Assembly: GCA_046290225.1 (NCBI GenBank)
Contig: JBKAGE010000053.1
Location: 7,834 to 71,833, forward strand
Direction: 5' to 3'
Source: Bradymonadia bacterium
GTDB taxonomy: Bacteria > Myxococcota_A > Bradymonadia > UBA7976 > UBA1532
DNA length: 64,000 nt
Shown here: positions 20,491 through 30,491 of the stretch, piece by piece
Layout of the letters: each line of letters opens with the position of its first letter
How positions within the stretch are numbered: position 1 is the stretch's first letter
Translations under genes and position numbers: made by a program
Notes under the pieces: generated by a model
Seen by the model: the letters and a program-made list of their open reading frames with translations, nothing else
Database searches by the model: none
What the model was told of the DNA's origin: nothing

Positions 20491-20522
20491 CCGGCATCAG
20501 GGGCGTACGTCCCTGATGCCGG
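20491..20522. terminator. Bidirectional intrinsic terminator hairpin between convergent rne and prfA.
   Basis: ccggcatcaggg-gcgtacgt-ccctgatgccgg forms a perfect 12-bp stem with an 8-nt loop, 15 nt after the rne stop. Confidence 0.6.
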
Positions 20523-20575
20523 CCCCTTCCATCTGCATATCTCTGTGAGTTGCCCGGCCTCGGAAAGAGGTTGGG

Positions 20576-21655
20576 TTACAGCAGCCCTTCTTGCTGGGCC
20601 TTGAGCTGCTCCGCCTGTAGGTGGGTGCGCAAGGGATCCACCACCATCTCCAGGCTGCCTTCCATCACCTGATCCAGGCTGTAGAGCGTCAGGTTGATGC
20701 GGTGATCGCTCACGCGGTTCTGCGGGAAGTTGTAGGTCCGGATGCGCTCTGAGCGATCGCCTGAGCCCACCATCGCCTTGCGGGCCCCTGCCCGCTCCGC
20801 ATCCTGATCCGCCTGCATCTTCTCGAGCAGGCGGGCGCGCAACACCTGAAGCGCCTTCGCTTTGTTCTTATGCTGACTGCGCTCGTCCTGGCAGGTCACC
20901 ACCAGACCCGTCGGTTTATGCGTGATGCGCACCGCAGAGTCAGTGGTGTTCACGTGCTGACCACCAGCGCCTTGAGCGCGATAGGTGTCGATCTCCAGAT
21001 CTCGATCCGGCACGTCGATCTCCACCACGTCGGCCTCGGGCAACACCGCCACCGTACACGCCGACGTATGGATGCGGCCCTGGCTCTCGGTGACCGGCAC
21101 ACGCTGCACACGGTGCACACCACTCTCGAACTTGAGCACGCTGAAGACGTCTTCCCCCGAGATTGAGAGGATGACCTCTTTGTAGCCCCCCGAGTCGCTC
21201 ATCGAGCTGCCCATCGTCTGCACTTTCCATCCACGGCGCTCGGCGAAGCGGGTGTACATGCGACAGAGATCTGCAGAGAACAGCGTGGCCTCTTCACCCC
21301 CGGTCCCGGCGCGAATCTCCAGGAGGGCGTCTCGGCCGTCGTTGGGATCCCGTGGGAGCAACAGCAGCTTCACCTGCTCTCGCAGCTCTTCGAGTTGAGC
21401 CTCGAGGGTGTTCACCTCTTCGCGGGCCATCTCCTTCATCTCGGCGTCGTCCGCCTCGTTGAAGAGCATGCGGGCCCCTTCGAGCTCTTCTTCCACCTTT
21501 TGCTGAGCGCGCCAGGACTTCACCAGGGGTTCGAGGTGGGCCACCTCACGGGCCACCTCGCGGTAGGCCTTGGGATCACTGTAGAGATCCGGATCAGCCA
21601 TACGGGCGGCGAGCTCGTCGTACTGACGACAGACCTCTTCGAGACGGGCTTCCAT
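20576..21655 (-). CDS. prfA: Peptide chain release factor 1.
   Basis: [23 protein letters not shown] carries the RF1-type PxT motif. GGQ motif [24 protein letters not shown]. 359 aa, with no internal frameshift (not RF2). Confidence 0.95.
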   Translation of the reverse strand: MEARLEEVCRQYDELAARMADPDLYSDPKAYREVAREVAHLEPLVKSWRAQQKVEEELEGARMLFNEADDAEMKEMAREEVNTLEAQLEELREQVKLLLLPRDPNDGRDALLEIRAGTGGEEATLFSADLCRMYTRFAERRGWKVQTMGSSMSDSGGYKEVILSISGEDVFSVLKFESGVHRVQRVPVTESQGRIHTSACTVAVLPEADVVEIDVPDRDLEIDTYRAQGAGGQHVNTTDSAVRITHKPTGLVVTCQDERSQHKNKAKALQVLRARLLEKMQADQDAERAGARKAMVGSGDRSERIRTYNFPQNRVSDHRINLTLYSLDQVMEGSLEMVVDPLRTHLQAEQLKAQQEGLL

Positions 21656-21760
21656 GGGAAACGCTCCAGGTTGGCAACGGCAGCATGATGAAGGAAGAAG
21701 GGGGGTGCAGGCCAGAGTCTGCGTTGTGGGGTGACTCTGACCTGTGGGCGTCGAGCCGGC

Positions 21761-23008
21761 TCAGCCGCCCATCGACTCCAGGAACTCACCGTTGTCGGCG
21801 GTCTTGGAGATCTTGCCCAGCATGAACTCCATCGAGTCCACCACGTTGAGGGGGTGGAGCAGCTGACGGAGGATCCAGATGCGGTTGAGGGCCGTGGGCT
21901 CGAGGAGCAGCTCTTCCTTACGGGTGCCCGACTTGTTGATGTCGAGGCAGGGGAAGATGCGCTTCTCCATGAGCTTGCGGTCGAGGTGCAGCTCGGCGTT
22001 ACCGGTGCCCTTGAACTCCTCGAAGATCACCTCGTCCATGCGGGAGCCGGTGTCGATGAGGGCCGTGGCGATGATGGTCAGGCTGCCGCCCTCTTCGATG
22101 TTGCGGGCCGCACCGAAGAAGCGCTTGGGCTTGTGCAGAGCGTTGGAGTCGACACCACCGGAGAGGATCTTGCCTGAGGGGGGCACCACGGTGTTGTAGG
22201 CGCGGGCCAGGCGGGTGATCGAGTCGAGCAGGATCACCACGTCGCGCTTGTGCTCCACGAGGCGCTTGGCCTTCTCGATGACCATCTCGGCCACCTGCAC
22301 GTGACGCTGGGCGGGCTCGTCGAAGGTCGACGAGACCACCTCGCCCTCGACCGAACGCTCCATGTCGGTCACCTCTTCCGGGCGCTCGTCGATGAGCAGC
22401 ACGATGAGGTACACCTCGGGGTGGTTCTCCACGATGGCGTTGGCGATGTTCTGCATCAGCACCGTCTTACCGGCACGGGGGGGCGACACGATGAGCGCGC
22501 GCTGGCCCTTGCCGATGGGGCAGAGCAGATCGACGATGCGGGTGCTGAAGTTCCGGGGGTGGTACTCCAGCTTCAGGCGCTCGTCGGGGTAGAGGGGGGT
22601 GAGGTTGTCGAAGAGGATCTTCGACTTGGTGGCCTCGGGGGGCTGGAAGTTGATCTGCTCCACCTTGAGCAGCGCGAAGTAGCGCTCGGACTCTTTGGGG
22701 GGGCGGATCTGCCCGGCGATGGTGTCGCCGGTGCGCAGGCCGAAGCGGCGGATCTGAGACGGCGACACGTAGATGTCGTCGGGTCCGGGCAGGTAGTTGT
22801 AATCGGGTGCCCGGAGGAAGCCGAAGCCGTCAGGCAGGATCTCGAGGACCCCTTCACCGAAGATGGGCTCGTTCTTTTTGGTCTGGGCGTTGAGGATCGA
22901 GAAGATCAGCTCCTGCTTGCGCAGGCCCGAGGAGTTCTCGACGCCCATGTTGCGCGCCATGGCGGCGAGCTCGGCGATCTTCAGCTGCTTCAGCTCTCTG
23001 AGGTTCAT
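21761..23008 (-). CDS. rho: Transcription termination factor Rho.
   Basis: [39 protein letters not shown] is the Rho N-terminal domain. Walker A PPRAGKT. 415 aa. Confidence 0.95.
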   Translation of the reverse strand: MNLRELKQLKIAELAAMARNMGVENSSGLRKQELIFSILNAQTKKNEPIFGEGVLEILPDGFGFLRAPDYNYLPGPDDIYVSPSQIRRFGLRTGDTIAGQIRPPKESERYFALLKVEQINFQPPEATKSKILFDNLTPLYPDERLKLEYHPRNFSTRIVDLLCPIGKGQRALIVSPPRAGKTVLMQNIANAIVENHPEVYLIVLLIDERPEEVTDMERSVEGEVVSSTFDEPAQRHVQVAEMVIEKAKRLVEHKRDVVILLDSITRLARAYNTVVPPSGKILSGGVDSNALHKPKRFFGAARNIEEGGSLTIIATALIDTGSRMDEVIFEEFKGTGNAELHLDRKLMEKRIFPCLDINKSGTRKEELLLEPTALNRIWILRQLLHPLNVVDSMEFMLGKISKTADNGEFLESMGG

Positions 23009-23569
23009 GATTTCCCCTCTAGGGGGCCGTCCGCTTCCGGGATCGGGTGATATCGGTTCATCGGGATATCATCTGAGTTGACGCCGGAAAATGGGTAGGT
23101 TGGGTGTGGTGGGGACGGCCGGGTCGTTTGTGGAGTCGTACCCTGCTTAAGGCGCGCACGCCTCATTGCAAGGTAGCGGTCTATAGCCATCAGAATACAT
23201 CAAGCCGGGGCGGACCCTAGCGATGAGGTTCAACCCTGTCAAGTGGCTTGTGCGGATGAGTCGTAGAGATGTCGAGCGTGACGGGAAAATCGAGTCTACA
23301 CGGCGCACCAGAATTGCGAATAGACTCCGCCAGAAGAGCTTTTCTGATCATTTCGTCGTTTTTTATGCGTGATGGTGCCTCAGATTTTCGAATCCAGTGA
23401 GGTAAGTGTTTTCAGGGCTTTACGGTGAGTTGTCATAGAAGAAAACCACTTCTTGTAAACAAAAACACAAAATTCCGACCGAAATGTGGTTAATTAAAGC
23501 CTTGCCATGAACCGACCCTCTCCTTAACGTCCGACTCATTGTCGATGCGTTCGAGAAGAGGTCATAGTC
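23009..23569. promoter_or_regulatory. Long intergenic region: rho leader/promoter plus the divergent cys-operon promoter. It contains an AT-rich (~45% GC) island at ~23380-23530.
   Basis: About 560 bp non-coding. Atypically AT-rich (tttttatgcgtgat.., aaaaccacttcttgtaaacaaaaacacaaaatt, ggttaattaaagcc). rho is autoregulated by attenuation in its leader in other bacteria. Confidence 0.45.
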
Positions 23570-25771
23570 ATGAACACCCCCCCGAGACGCTCTGGTGAGT
23601 ACGTACCTCAGCTGCGCCCTTCCATTGCAGGGGAGCGGCAAGAGGTACACGCCGAGCTCGATGCCTTCGAGACGTCGATCGATCGATTCCTCGATGGCAA
23701 GGTCCCCGAAGCCAGCTTTTTGGAATTCCGACTGCGTCATGGGGTTTATGGTCAGCGGCAAGATGGCGTGCACATGATGCGGTCGAAGTTGCCCCTGGGC
23801 TTGCTGGCCCCGGAGCAGCTCGAGTCGTTCGCCGATCTCACCGAGGCGTACACCGCTGGCGTGGCGCACCTGACCACCCGCCAGGACATTCAGGTGCACT
23901 TCATCCCCTTGAAGAAGACTCCTGATTTGATGCGGGTGCTCGCCGAGGCGGAGATGACCAGCCGCGAGGCCTGCGGGAACGTAGTGCGCAACGTCTGCGC
24001 CTCTGAGGCTGCCGGCGTCGAGCCTGGTGAGGCCTTCGACGTGACCCCCTATGGCATGGCCCTCGCCCGGTTCCTGCTGCGCCATCCCTCGGGCCAGAGC
24101 CTCGGTCGCAAGTTCAAGATCACCCTCGCGGGATCCTTCGATCCCTACTTCAACACCGGACCGATCCACGACATCGGCGCCACTGCGGTGATCCGTGACG
24201 GCGTGCGCGGGTTCCACGTGGTGGTGGGCGGTGGCCTCGGTGCAGTGCCTCACGAAGCGCAGTTGCTCACCGACTTCATGCCCGTGGCGGAGCTGTTCCC
24301 CACGGCGGTGGCCATGCTCCGCATCTTCGCCCGGCACGGTGAGAAGAAGAAGCGTGCTCGGGCCCGGATGAAGTTCCTCGTGGCCAAATGGGGCATCGAG
24401 AAGTTCCGCGAAGAGGTGGCCAGGGAGCGGGCCCTGCTCCGCAACGACGAGCTGGGCACAGAGTTCCTGGAGAACCTCGGCCAGTGGGACGATCAGCCGA
24501 TCCATCCGCCCGCCGAGCAGTTCCCCGTGGGGGCCACCCCTGAAGAGACCACCTGGCTGCGGACCAACGTGTTCCGCCAGAAGCAGGCGGGCTATGCCGC
24601 TGTTCGGGTCCGGGTGCCTCGCGGTGATCTGGTGCCCGACCAGCTGCGGGGGCTGGCGAACCTTCTGCGGGCCCACAGCGGTGACACCATGCGCATCGCC
24701 GCTGATCAGTCCCTGTTCATCCGCTGGGTGCCCTTCGATCACTTGCTCGAGCTCAAGGCTGGCCTCGAGGCCCTGGGCCTCGGTCAGGCCCGGGCGGGTG
24801 GCCTCGGCGATACGGTGACCTGCCCAGGGTCCGACTCGTGCAAGCTGGGCATCACCTCGCCCCGCTCTGTGGCCCGCCACATCGAGGCGCGCATCGACGC
24901 CCTCGCAGAAGACACGCGCCTTGAGCGTCTGCGCATCAAGATCTCGGGTTGCCCGAACTCCTGTGCTCAGCATCAGACTGCCGACATCGGCTTGTACGGC
25001 GCCACCCGGACCATCGCCGGCCGCGCCGCGCCTCACTACATGCTCTACCTCGGCGGTCGCCCTGGTGGCATGCGCCTCAACGCGGAGATCGGCGGCTTCG
25101 GCCTGCACGTGGGCCGCGTGCCCGCGCTTCGAGTGGGCGAGGTGGTGGAGCTGCTGCTGAAGACCTTCATCGAAGAGTCAGATGCTGGCGAAGAGTTCGC
25201 CCTCTGGGTGTACCGCACGGGCCGCGTGGCGATTCAGAACCTCATCCGCCCCCTGACGGTGCTGCCGAAGCCCGACGAAGACGGCCGCTTCTACAGCGAG
25301 GTGGGTGAGAGCGAGCCCTTCTCCATCGTCCGTGGGGTGGGGGAGTGCGCCGGCGAAGTGGTCCTCGCTGCAGATCTGCTGATGGTGGAGGCCGACACCC
25401 AGACGGAGCGCGCTACGCAAGGCTTCGACGAAGAGGCGGATCGCGATTTGATCATCACCTCGGCCCGAGAGGCCATGGTCTATGCCGCCCGGGCCCTCAT
25501 GGCCACTCAGGGGGTGAACGAGGCGGATCCGGCCCACGTGGTGGAGGCCTTCAAGGGGGCCTTCTACGACACCGGCCGCATCTACGAGGGCGTGGGCCAC
25601 TACTTCCTGCAGAGTCAGGCTGAAGCCCGCGACACCGTGGTGGGCGATCGCCTGCGTCGTCTGGTGGCGGAGTCGGCCCTCTTCGTGGAAGAGGCCCACA
25701 CGATCCTGGCCAAGATGCGGGCGACCTCTGTCCTCGACGATCTCGCGGCCTTTGGCGGGCCGGCATCATGA
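23570..25771 (+). CDS. cysI: Sulfite reductase hemoprotein (nitrite/sulfite reductase family, siroheme-[4Fe-4S]) with an additional ~170-aa C-terminal domain.
   Basis: The Cys clusters VTCPGSDSCKLG and ISGCPNSCAQHQ are the NiR/SiR 4Fe-4S-siroheme ligands. 733 aa, against ~570 for a typical CysI/Sir. Confidence 0.85.
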   Translation: MNTPPRRSGEYVPQLRPSIAGERQEVHAELDAFETSIDRFLDGKVPEASFLEFRLRHGVYGQRQDGVHMMRSKLPLGLLAPEQLESFADLTEAYTAGVAHLTTRQDIQVHFIPLKKTPDLMRVLAEAEMTSREACGNVVRNVCASEAAGVEPGEAFDVTPYGMALARFLLRHPSGQSLGRKFKITLAGSFDPYFNTGPIHDIGATAVIRDGVRGFHVVVGGGLGAVPHEAQLLTDFMPVAELFPTAVAMLRIFARHGEKKKRARARMKFLVAKWGIEKFREEVARERALLRNDELGTEFLENLGQWDDQPIHPPAEQFPVGATPEETTWLRTNVFRQKQAGYAAVRVRVPRGDLVPDQLRGLANLLRAHSGDTMRIAADQSLFIRWVPFDHLLELKAGLEALGLGQARAGGLGDTVTCPGSDSCKLGITSPRSVARHIEARIDALAEDTRLERLRIKISGCPNSCAQHQTADIGLYGATRTIAGRAAPHYMLYLGGRPGGMRLNAEIGGFGLHVGRVPALRVGEVVELLLKTFIEESDAGEEFALWVYRTGRVAIQNLIRPLTVLPKPDEDGRFYSEVGESEPFSIVRGVGECAGEVVLAADLLMVEADTQTERATQGFDEEADRDLIITSAREAMVYAARALMATQGVNEADPAHVVEAFKGAFYDTGRIYEGVGHYFLQSQAEARDTVVGDRLRRLVAESALFVEEAHTILAKMRATSVLDDLAAFGGPAS

Positions 25772-27297
25772 GCCGCCCGGCGAACATCGCCCCGGTGCAG
25801 GGTGGGGGCTCGCTGCTCCTGGCCTGGCGTCTGAAGGGTCGCACTGCCCTGGTGGTAGGCGGCGGTGAGGTGGCCGCGGGCCGGGTGGTCCGGGCCCTGG
25901 AGGCCGACGCCAGGGTGGTGTTGGTGGCCCCTCGCATCAACGCTGAGCTCACGCGCCGGGTGCAGGCAGGTGAGATCGAGTGGCGTGAGCGCAAGTGGTG
26001 CTTCTGTGATCTGTACGGCGCCGCCATGGTGATGACCGCCATCGATGATCCAGTGGTCTCTCGGCAAATCGCCGAGCTCTGCCGAAACCGCGGGATCCCG
26101 GTGAACGTCGCCGATGTGCCGCCGCTCTGTGACTTCTGGTTCGCGAGCATGTACCGCGATGGCCCGGTGCAGATCGCCATCAGCACCAACGGCAAGGGCC
26201 CCGCCATCGGCTCTCGCCTGGCGCAGGAGCTGGGCTCGATGTTGCCGGCGGGCCTGGGCCAGCTGGTCGAGCACTTCGGCACGTTGCGCAAGGCTGTGCG
26301 CAAGGTCGACCCGGAGCCTTCTTCGGGGCCGCGGCGCATGTCGTGGCTGGGCCGCCTGGCCCGGACCTGGCCCTACGAGGCCCTCGGTCGCTTGCAGGTG
26401 GAGCCGCTGATCAAGGAATACCGGCGCGGTGGCGAGCCCCCGGAGCCACCCAAGGGTCGACGCCCGGAGCGTGACGCACCTGTGGCGCACTTCGCCGGCG
26501 CAGACGATCTGCCGGTCATCTCATTGGTGGGCGCTGGCCCTGGTGATCCGGGCTTGCTCACTGTGGCCGGCGCCGAAGCTCTGGCCCAGGCCGACCTCGT
26601 GGTGGCCGACCGCCTCATCGCCCCTGAGATCCTCGACCTCGTCACCGGCGAGTTGCGCATCGCCCGCAAACTGCCCGGTCGCGCTGACGAGGCTCAGCGC
26701 GAGCTGGAGGATTGGGTGCTCGAAGGGGCCCGAGCGGGCCGCCACGTGGTGCGACTCAAGGCCGGTGATCCCTTCGTCTTCGGCCGGGGCACTGAAGAGA
26801 TCGAACGCTTTACCGCCGAGGGCTTCGGTGTACGGGTGGTGCCGGGCATCAGCAGCGCCCTCGCAGGCCCGCTGCTCGGGGGCATGCCTCCTACGGCCCG
26901 AGGCGTTGCTGATCGCGTGCAGGTGCTCACCGCTCAGCTCAAGGGCGGCGGCTGGCCCGAGATGCCTGCCTACGACGCAGGCTGCACGCAGGTGATTTTG
27001 ATGGGCGTGGGCCGTGCGGCAGAGATCAGCCGCCGCCTCATCGCCGCCGGGCACCCCGCAGATCGCCCGGTGGCCTTCGTGGAGCGTGCTTCCCAGCCGG
27101 GGCAACGCACCACCCTGACCACCCTCGAACAGATGGGCGAGGCGGTTCAACGCCACGGCATCCGGGCGCCGGCGGTCATCGTCATCGGCGACGTGGTGCA
27201 GTTCGCCACCCGCTTCGACAATCGCGCCGACGGTCAGGTCGACCGCGCGTCCGAGTCTCGATTCGAACGGCCCCTGCAGGCCGCAGGAGGTACTTGA
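25768..27297 (+). CDS. cysG: Siroheme synthase (precorrin-2 dehydrogenase/ferrochelatase N-domain plus uroporphyrinogen-III C-methyltransferase C-domain).
   Basis: N-terminus LKGRTALVVGGGEVAAGRVVRAL (Rossmann fold, CysG-N/Met8-like). SUMT motif ISLVGAGPGDPGLLTVAG. ATGA overlap with the sulfite reductase gene. Confidence 0.9.
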   Translation: MSRPANIAPVQGGGSLLLAWRLKGRTALVVGGGEVAAGRVVRALEADARVVLVAPRINAELTRRVQAGEIEWRERKWCFCDLYGAAMVMTAIDDPVVSRQIAELCRNRGIPVNVADVPPLCDFWFASMYRDGPVQIAISTNGKGPAIGSRLAQELGSMLPAGLGQLVEHFGTLRKAVRKVDPEPSSGPRRMSWLGRLARTWPYEALGRLQVEPLIKEYRRGGEPPEPPKGRRPERDAPVAHFAGADDLPVISLVGAGPGDPGLLTVAGAEALAQADLVVADRLIAPEILDLVTGELRIARKLPGRADEAQRELEDWVLEGARAGRHVVRLKAGDPFVFGRGTEEIERFTAEGFGVRVVPGISSALAGPLLGGMPPTARGVADRVQVLTAQLKGGGWPEMPAYDAGCTQVILMGVGRAAEISRRLIAAGHPADRPVAFVERASQPGQRTTLTTLEQMGEAVQRHGIRAPAVIVIGDVVQFATRFDNRADGQVDRASESRFERPLQAAGGT

Positions 27298-28040
27298 TGA
27301 ATGCCCCCAACATCACCGTAGAGGGCTGGGCTGGGGTGGACGTCTCCAGCGCCGAGGCCATCATCGCCCGGGCCATCGATCTGTATCACCCGGCTCTCAC
27401 CATCGCCTCGAGCTTCAGCCACGAAGACGTGCTGCTCATCGACATGGCGGTGGCCCATCGCGCCGATGTGCGGGTCTTTGCCCTCGACACAGGCCGCTTG
27501 CCAGAAGAGACCTACGCCTGCGCCGAGGCCGTACGGGCGCGATATGGCCTGGAGATCGAGTGGTACGCCCCTGATCGCGACGATCTCGAGGCCCTGATTC
27601 GCGATCAGGGCCTCTACAGCTTCAAAGAGAGCCTCGACGCCCGCCACGCCTGCTGCGCCGTGCGCAAGGTGGGCCCTCTGAAGCGGGCCCTCGCCGGCAA
27701 GAAGGCCTGGGTGACGGGTCAACGCCGCAGCCAGAGCGTCACCCGCGCGACGTTGTCTCCCGTGGAGGCGTCAGACTCGGGGCCCATCAAGATCAACCCC
27801 CTCGCCGATTGGAGCCTCGAGCAGGTCCAGGCAGAGGTGAAGGCCCGCGGGCTGCCCTACAACGCCCTCTACGACCAGGGCTACCGCTCCATCGGCTGCG
27901 CGCCGTGCACGCGAGCGGTGCTGCCCGGCGAGGACGAGCGGGCGGGCCGCTGGTGGTGGGAGCAGGCGGAGCACAAAGAGTGCGGGCTCCATGGCCGGCC
28001 GGGTTTCGAACATCTTTCTTCTGACACTTCACGAGGGTGA
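27294..28040 (+). CDS. cysH: Assimilatory adenylylsulfate (APS) reductase, thioredoxin-dependent CysH family with Fe-S cluster motifs.
   Basis: PAPS-reductase fold plus a CC pair (HACCAVRKV), CxxC (SIGCAPCT) and catalytic ECGLH. These four Cys mark the [4Fe-4S] APS-reductase subtype rather than the PAPS reductase. Confidence 0.85.
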   Translation: MMNAPNITVEGWAGVDVSSAEAIIARAIDLYHPALTIASSFSHEDVLLIDMAVAHRADVRVFALDTGRLPEETYACAEAVRARYGLEIEWYAPDRDDLEALIRDQGLYSFKESLDARHACCAVRKVGPLKRALAGKKAWVTGQRRSQSVTRATLSPVEASDSGPIKINPLADWSLEQVQAEVKARGLPYNALYDQGYRSIGCAPCTRAVLPGEDERAGRWWWEQAEHKECGLHGRPGFEHLSSDTSRG

Positions 28041-28044
28041 TCCC

Positions 28045-28968
28045 ATGAACGCAAACCTCAAGCCTCGGTCGGGGCGCTCACCCACGGCCCTCGACGAGCT
28101 CGAGGCCGAGGGGATCCACATCCTGCGGGAGGTGGTGGCCCAGGCCCGAAACCCGGTGATCTTGTTCTCCGGGGGCAAAGACTCGATCTGTGTGCTGCAC
28201 CTTGCCCGCAAGGCCTTCTGGCCTGGGAAGTTCCCTTTCCCGCTGCTGCACATCGACACCGGCCACAACTTCGACGAGGTGATCGAGTTCCGCGATCGCC
28301 GCGCCGCGGAGCTGGGCGCCACGCTGCACGTGCGCACCGTGGAAGACGCCATCGCCAAAGGCATCGCGGTGCCCACCCCTGGTGTGGTGAGCCGCAACCG
28401 CCTGCAGTCGCCAACGCTGCTCTCCGCCCTCGAGGAGTTCGAGTTCGACGCCGCCGTCGGTGGCGCCCGCCGCGACGAAGAGAAAGCCCGGGCCAAGGAG
28501 CGCATCTTCTCGTTCCGCGACGCCTTCGGCCAGTGGGAGCCCCGCAAGCAGCGCCCCGAGCTCTGGAACGTCTACAACGCGCGGCTGCACCCCGGCGAGC
28601 AGGTCCGGGCGTTCCCCCTGAGCAACTGGACCGAGCTCGACGTCTGGGCCTACATCCGCCGAGAGGGCCTCGAGGTGCCGTCGATCTACTTCAGCCACAC
28701 CCGCGAGGCGGTGAAGCGCAGCGGTCAGTGGCTGCCGGTGAACGACATCGAGCCCCTGCAGGCCGGTGAAGAGACCACCACCCGCCAGTTCCGGGTGCGC
28801 ACCATCGGCGACATCATCTGCACCGGCCTGGTGGAGTCCCCCGCCGCCGACATCCACGCCATCGTCGACGAGGTGGCCCGAGCCCGAGTGACCGAGCGCG
28901 ATGGCCGCGCCGACGATCAAGGCTCCGAGACCTCGATGGAAGACCGCAAGCGAGAGGGGTACTTCTGA
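28045..28968 (+). CDS. cysD: Sulfate adenylyltransferase subunit 2.
   Basis: ILFSGGKDSICVLHLARKAF..LLHIDTGHNF is the CysD PP-loop. GAGGG 8 nt upstream of the ATG at 28045. Confidence 0.9.
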   Translation: MNANLKPRSGRSPTALDELEAEGIHILREVVAQARNPVILFSGGKDSICVLHLARKAFWPGKFPFPLLHIDTGHNFDEVIEFRDRRAAELGATLHVRTVEDAIAKGIAVPTPGVVSRNRLQSPTLLSALEEFEFDAAVGGARRDEEKARAKERIFSFRDAFGQWEPRKQRPELWNVYNARLHPGEQVRAFPLSNWTELDVWAYIRREGLEVPSIYFSHTREAVKRSGQWLPVNDIEPLQAGEETTTRQFRVRTIGDIICTGLVESPAADIHAIVDEVARARVTERDGRADDQGSETSMEDRKREGYF

Positions 28969-30305
28969 TGCACGCCAACGCCTATCACGAGACCTCCGGG
29001 CACACCGTACGCGACGCCACAGAGGCCACCCTTGAGGTGACCGCCGAGGCCGGCCCCGATGCCACCGCAGAGGCGGAGTCCATCTCCCGGCTGCGCTTCA
29101 TCACCGCCGGCAGCGTCGACGACGGCAAGAGCACCCTCATCGGTCGCTTGCTCTACGACAGCAAGTCGCTCTTCGACGATCAGGTGGCGGCCCTCGAGAA
29201 GCGCTTTGATCTCGCCCGTCTCACCGACGGTCTGCGGGCGGAGCGGGAGCAGGGCATCACCATCGACGTGGCCTGGCGTTACTTCGCTACGCCCCATCGT
29301 CGCTTCGTCATCGCCGACTGCCCCGGACACGTGCAGTACACCCGGAACATGATCACTGGGGCCTCTCACGCCGAGGTGGCGGTGCTGTTGGTCGACGCCC
29401 GCCACGGGGTCGTCGAGCAGACCCGGCGGCACGCCTTCATCGCCGCCCGCCTGGGCCTGAGCCACATCGTGTTCTGCGTGAACAAGATGGATCTCGTCGA
29501 CTTCGACGAGGGGCGGTTCGACACCCTCGAGGCAGAGCTTGAGGCCATGGCCACCACCCTCGGTGTGCCCGCCATCACGGTGCTGCCCATCAGCGCCCTC
29601 GAAGGCGACAACGTGGTGAGCCGCAGCCCCCGTACCCCCTGGTACGATGGCCCCGCGCTGCTCGAGCTGCTCGAGCGCATCGAGGTGGTCCACCGTCCGA
29701 ACCTGGGCCCCGACGCCCCAGCCCGCTTGCCGGTGCAGGTGGTGATCCGCCCGGAAGAGGACGGCCGACCGGAAGATCGCCGTTACGCCGGCACGGTGGC
29801 CTCGGGCACCCTCAACGTCGGGGACGAGGTGGTGGTGTTGCCCTCGGGTCAGACCACGCGCATCTCGGCCATCGACACCTTCGATGGTGGGTTGCAGCAG
29901 GCCGTGGCCGGTGAGGCTGTGGCCGTGGGCCTCGCCGACGTGCTCGACGTGGGCCGCGGCGCGGTCATCGCCCCCGTGAGCGGCGCGCCCACGGCGACGC
30001 AGTCACTGACGGCGACGGTGTGTTGGATGGGCCACCGCCCGCTGACCCCGGGCTCCACCTGGGTGGTGCAGCATGGCACCACGGAAGCCCGCTGCAAGGT
30101 GGCTGCGGTGGACCATCAGATCGATCTGGAGACGCTGCAGCCTGCGGAGGCAAGCCAGCTGGCCCTCAACGATCTGGGCCGGGTGCGTTTGAAGGTGTCG
30201 GTGCCCCTGGCCGCCGACGGTTTCACCGATGTGCAGGCCACAGGGCGCTTCATCATCATCGATCCCTCGACCCACGAGACCGTGGGCGCGGCCTTGGTGG
30301 AATAA
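28968..30305 (+). CDS. cysN: Sulfate adenylyltransferase subunit 1 (GTPase), without a fused APS kinase.
   Basis: GTPase motifs GSVDDGKST, DCPGH, NKMD. 445 aa, so no CysC domain. ATGA overlap with cysD. Confidence 0.9.
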   Translation: MHANAYHETSGHTVRDATEATLEVTAEAGPDATAEAESISRLRFITAGSVDDGKSTLIGRLLYDSKSLFDDQVAALEKRFDLARLTDGLRAEREQGITIDVAWRYFATPHRRFVIADCPGHVQYTRNMITGASHAEVAVLLVDARHGVVEQTRRHAFIAARLGLSHIVFCVNKMDLVDFDEGRFDTLEAELEAMATTLGVPAITVLPISALEGDNVVSRSPRTPWYDGPALLELLERIEVVHRPNLGPDAPARLPVQVVIRPEEDGRPEDRRYAGTVASGTLNVGDEVVVLPSGQTTRISAIDTFDGGLQQAVAGEAVAVGLADVLDVGRGAVIAPVSGAPTATQSLTATVCWMGHRPLTPGSTWVVQHGTTEARCKVAAVDHQIDLETLQPAEASQLALNDLGRVRLKVSVPLAADGFTDVQATGRFIIIDPSTHETVGAALVE

Positions 30306-30491
30306 CACCTCCCACCTGCCCCTTCCTCGACGCGGGTCTCTCTGCGTAGATCTCTCCATCACATCACGTTGTCTGACGGGCGCTCTTCAGGTCGCCATCA
30401 CCCCCTCATCTCAGGCCCGAAGGCTTTGTAGGGGATTTCAGGATATTGTAGGATGTTTGGCCTTGCGCTCGATCATGAAAGGTGAGCAGGC

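Noticed and set aside
20576-21655. Possible programmed +1 frameshift, as in prfB.
   Set aside because: The protein has the RF1-type PVT tripeptide rather than SPF. It is a single uninterrupted 359-aa frame, so this is prfA with no frameshift site.
23100-23400. tRNA-like segment (ggttcaaccc) in the rho upstream region.
   Set aside because: No cloverleaf could be built: there is no complementary acceptor or T-stem, and no CCA context. It is more likely part of a structured rho leader.
25768-27297. Exact nucleotide coordinates of some gene boundaries derived by my own base counting.
   Set aside because: My manual indexing disagreed by 1 nt with the ORF track in places, for example the cysG stop and the SDR start. 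I deferred to the ORF-track coordinates and derived internal starts by residue counting, so refined starts may be off by +/-1 nt.
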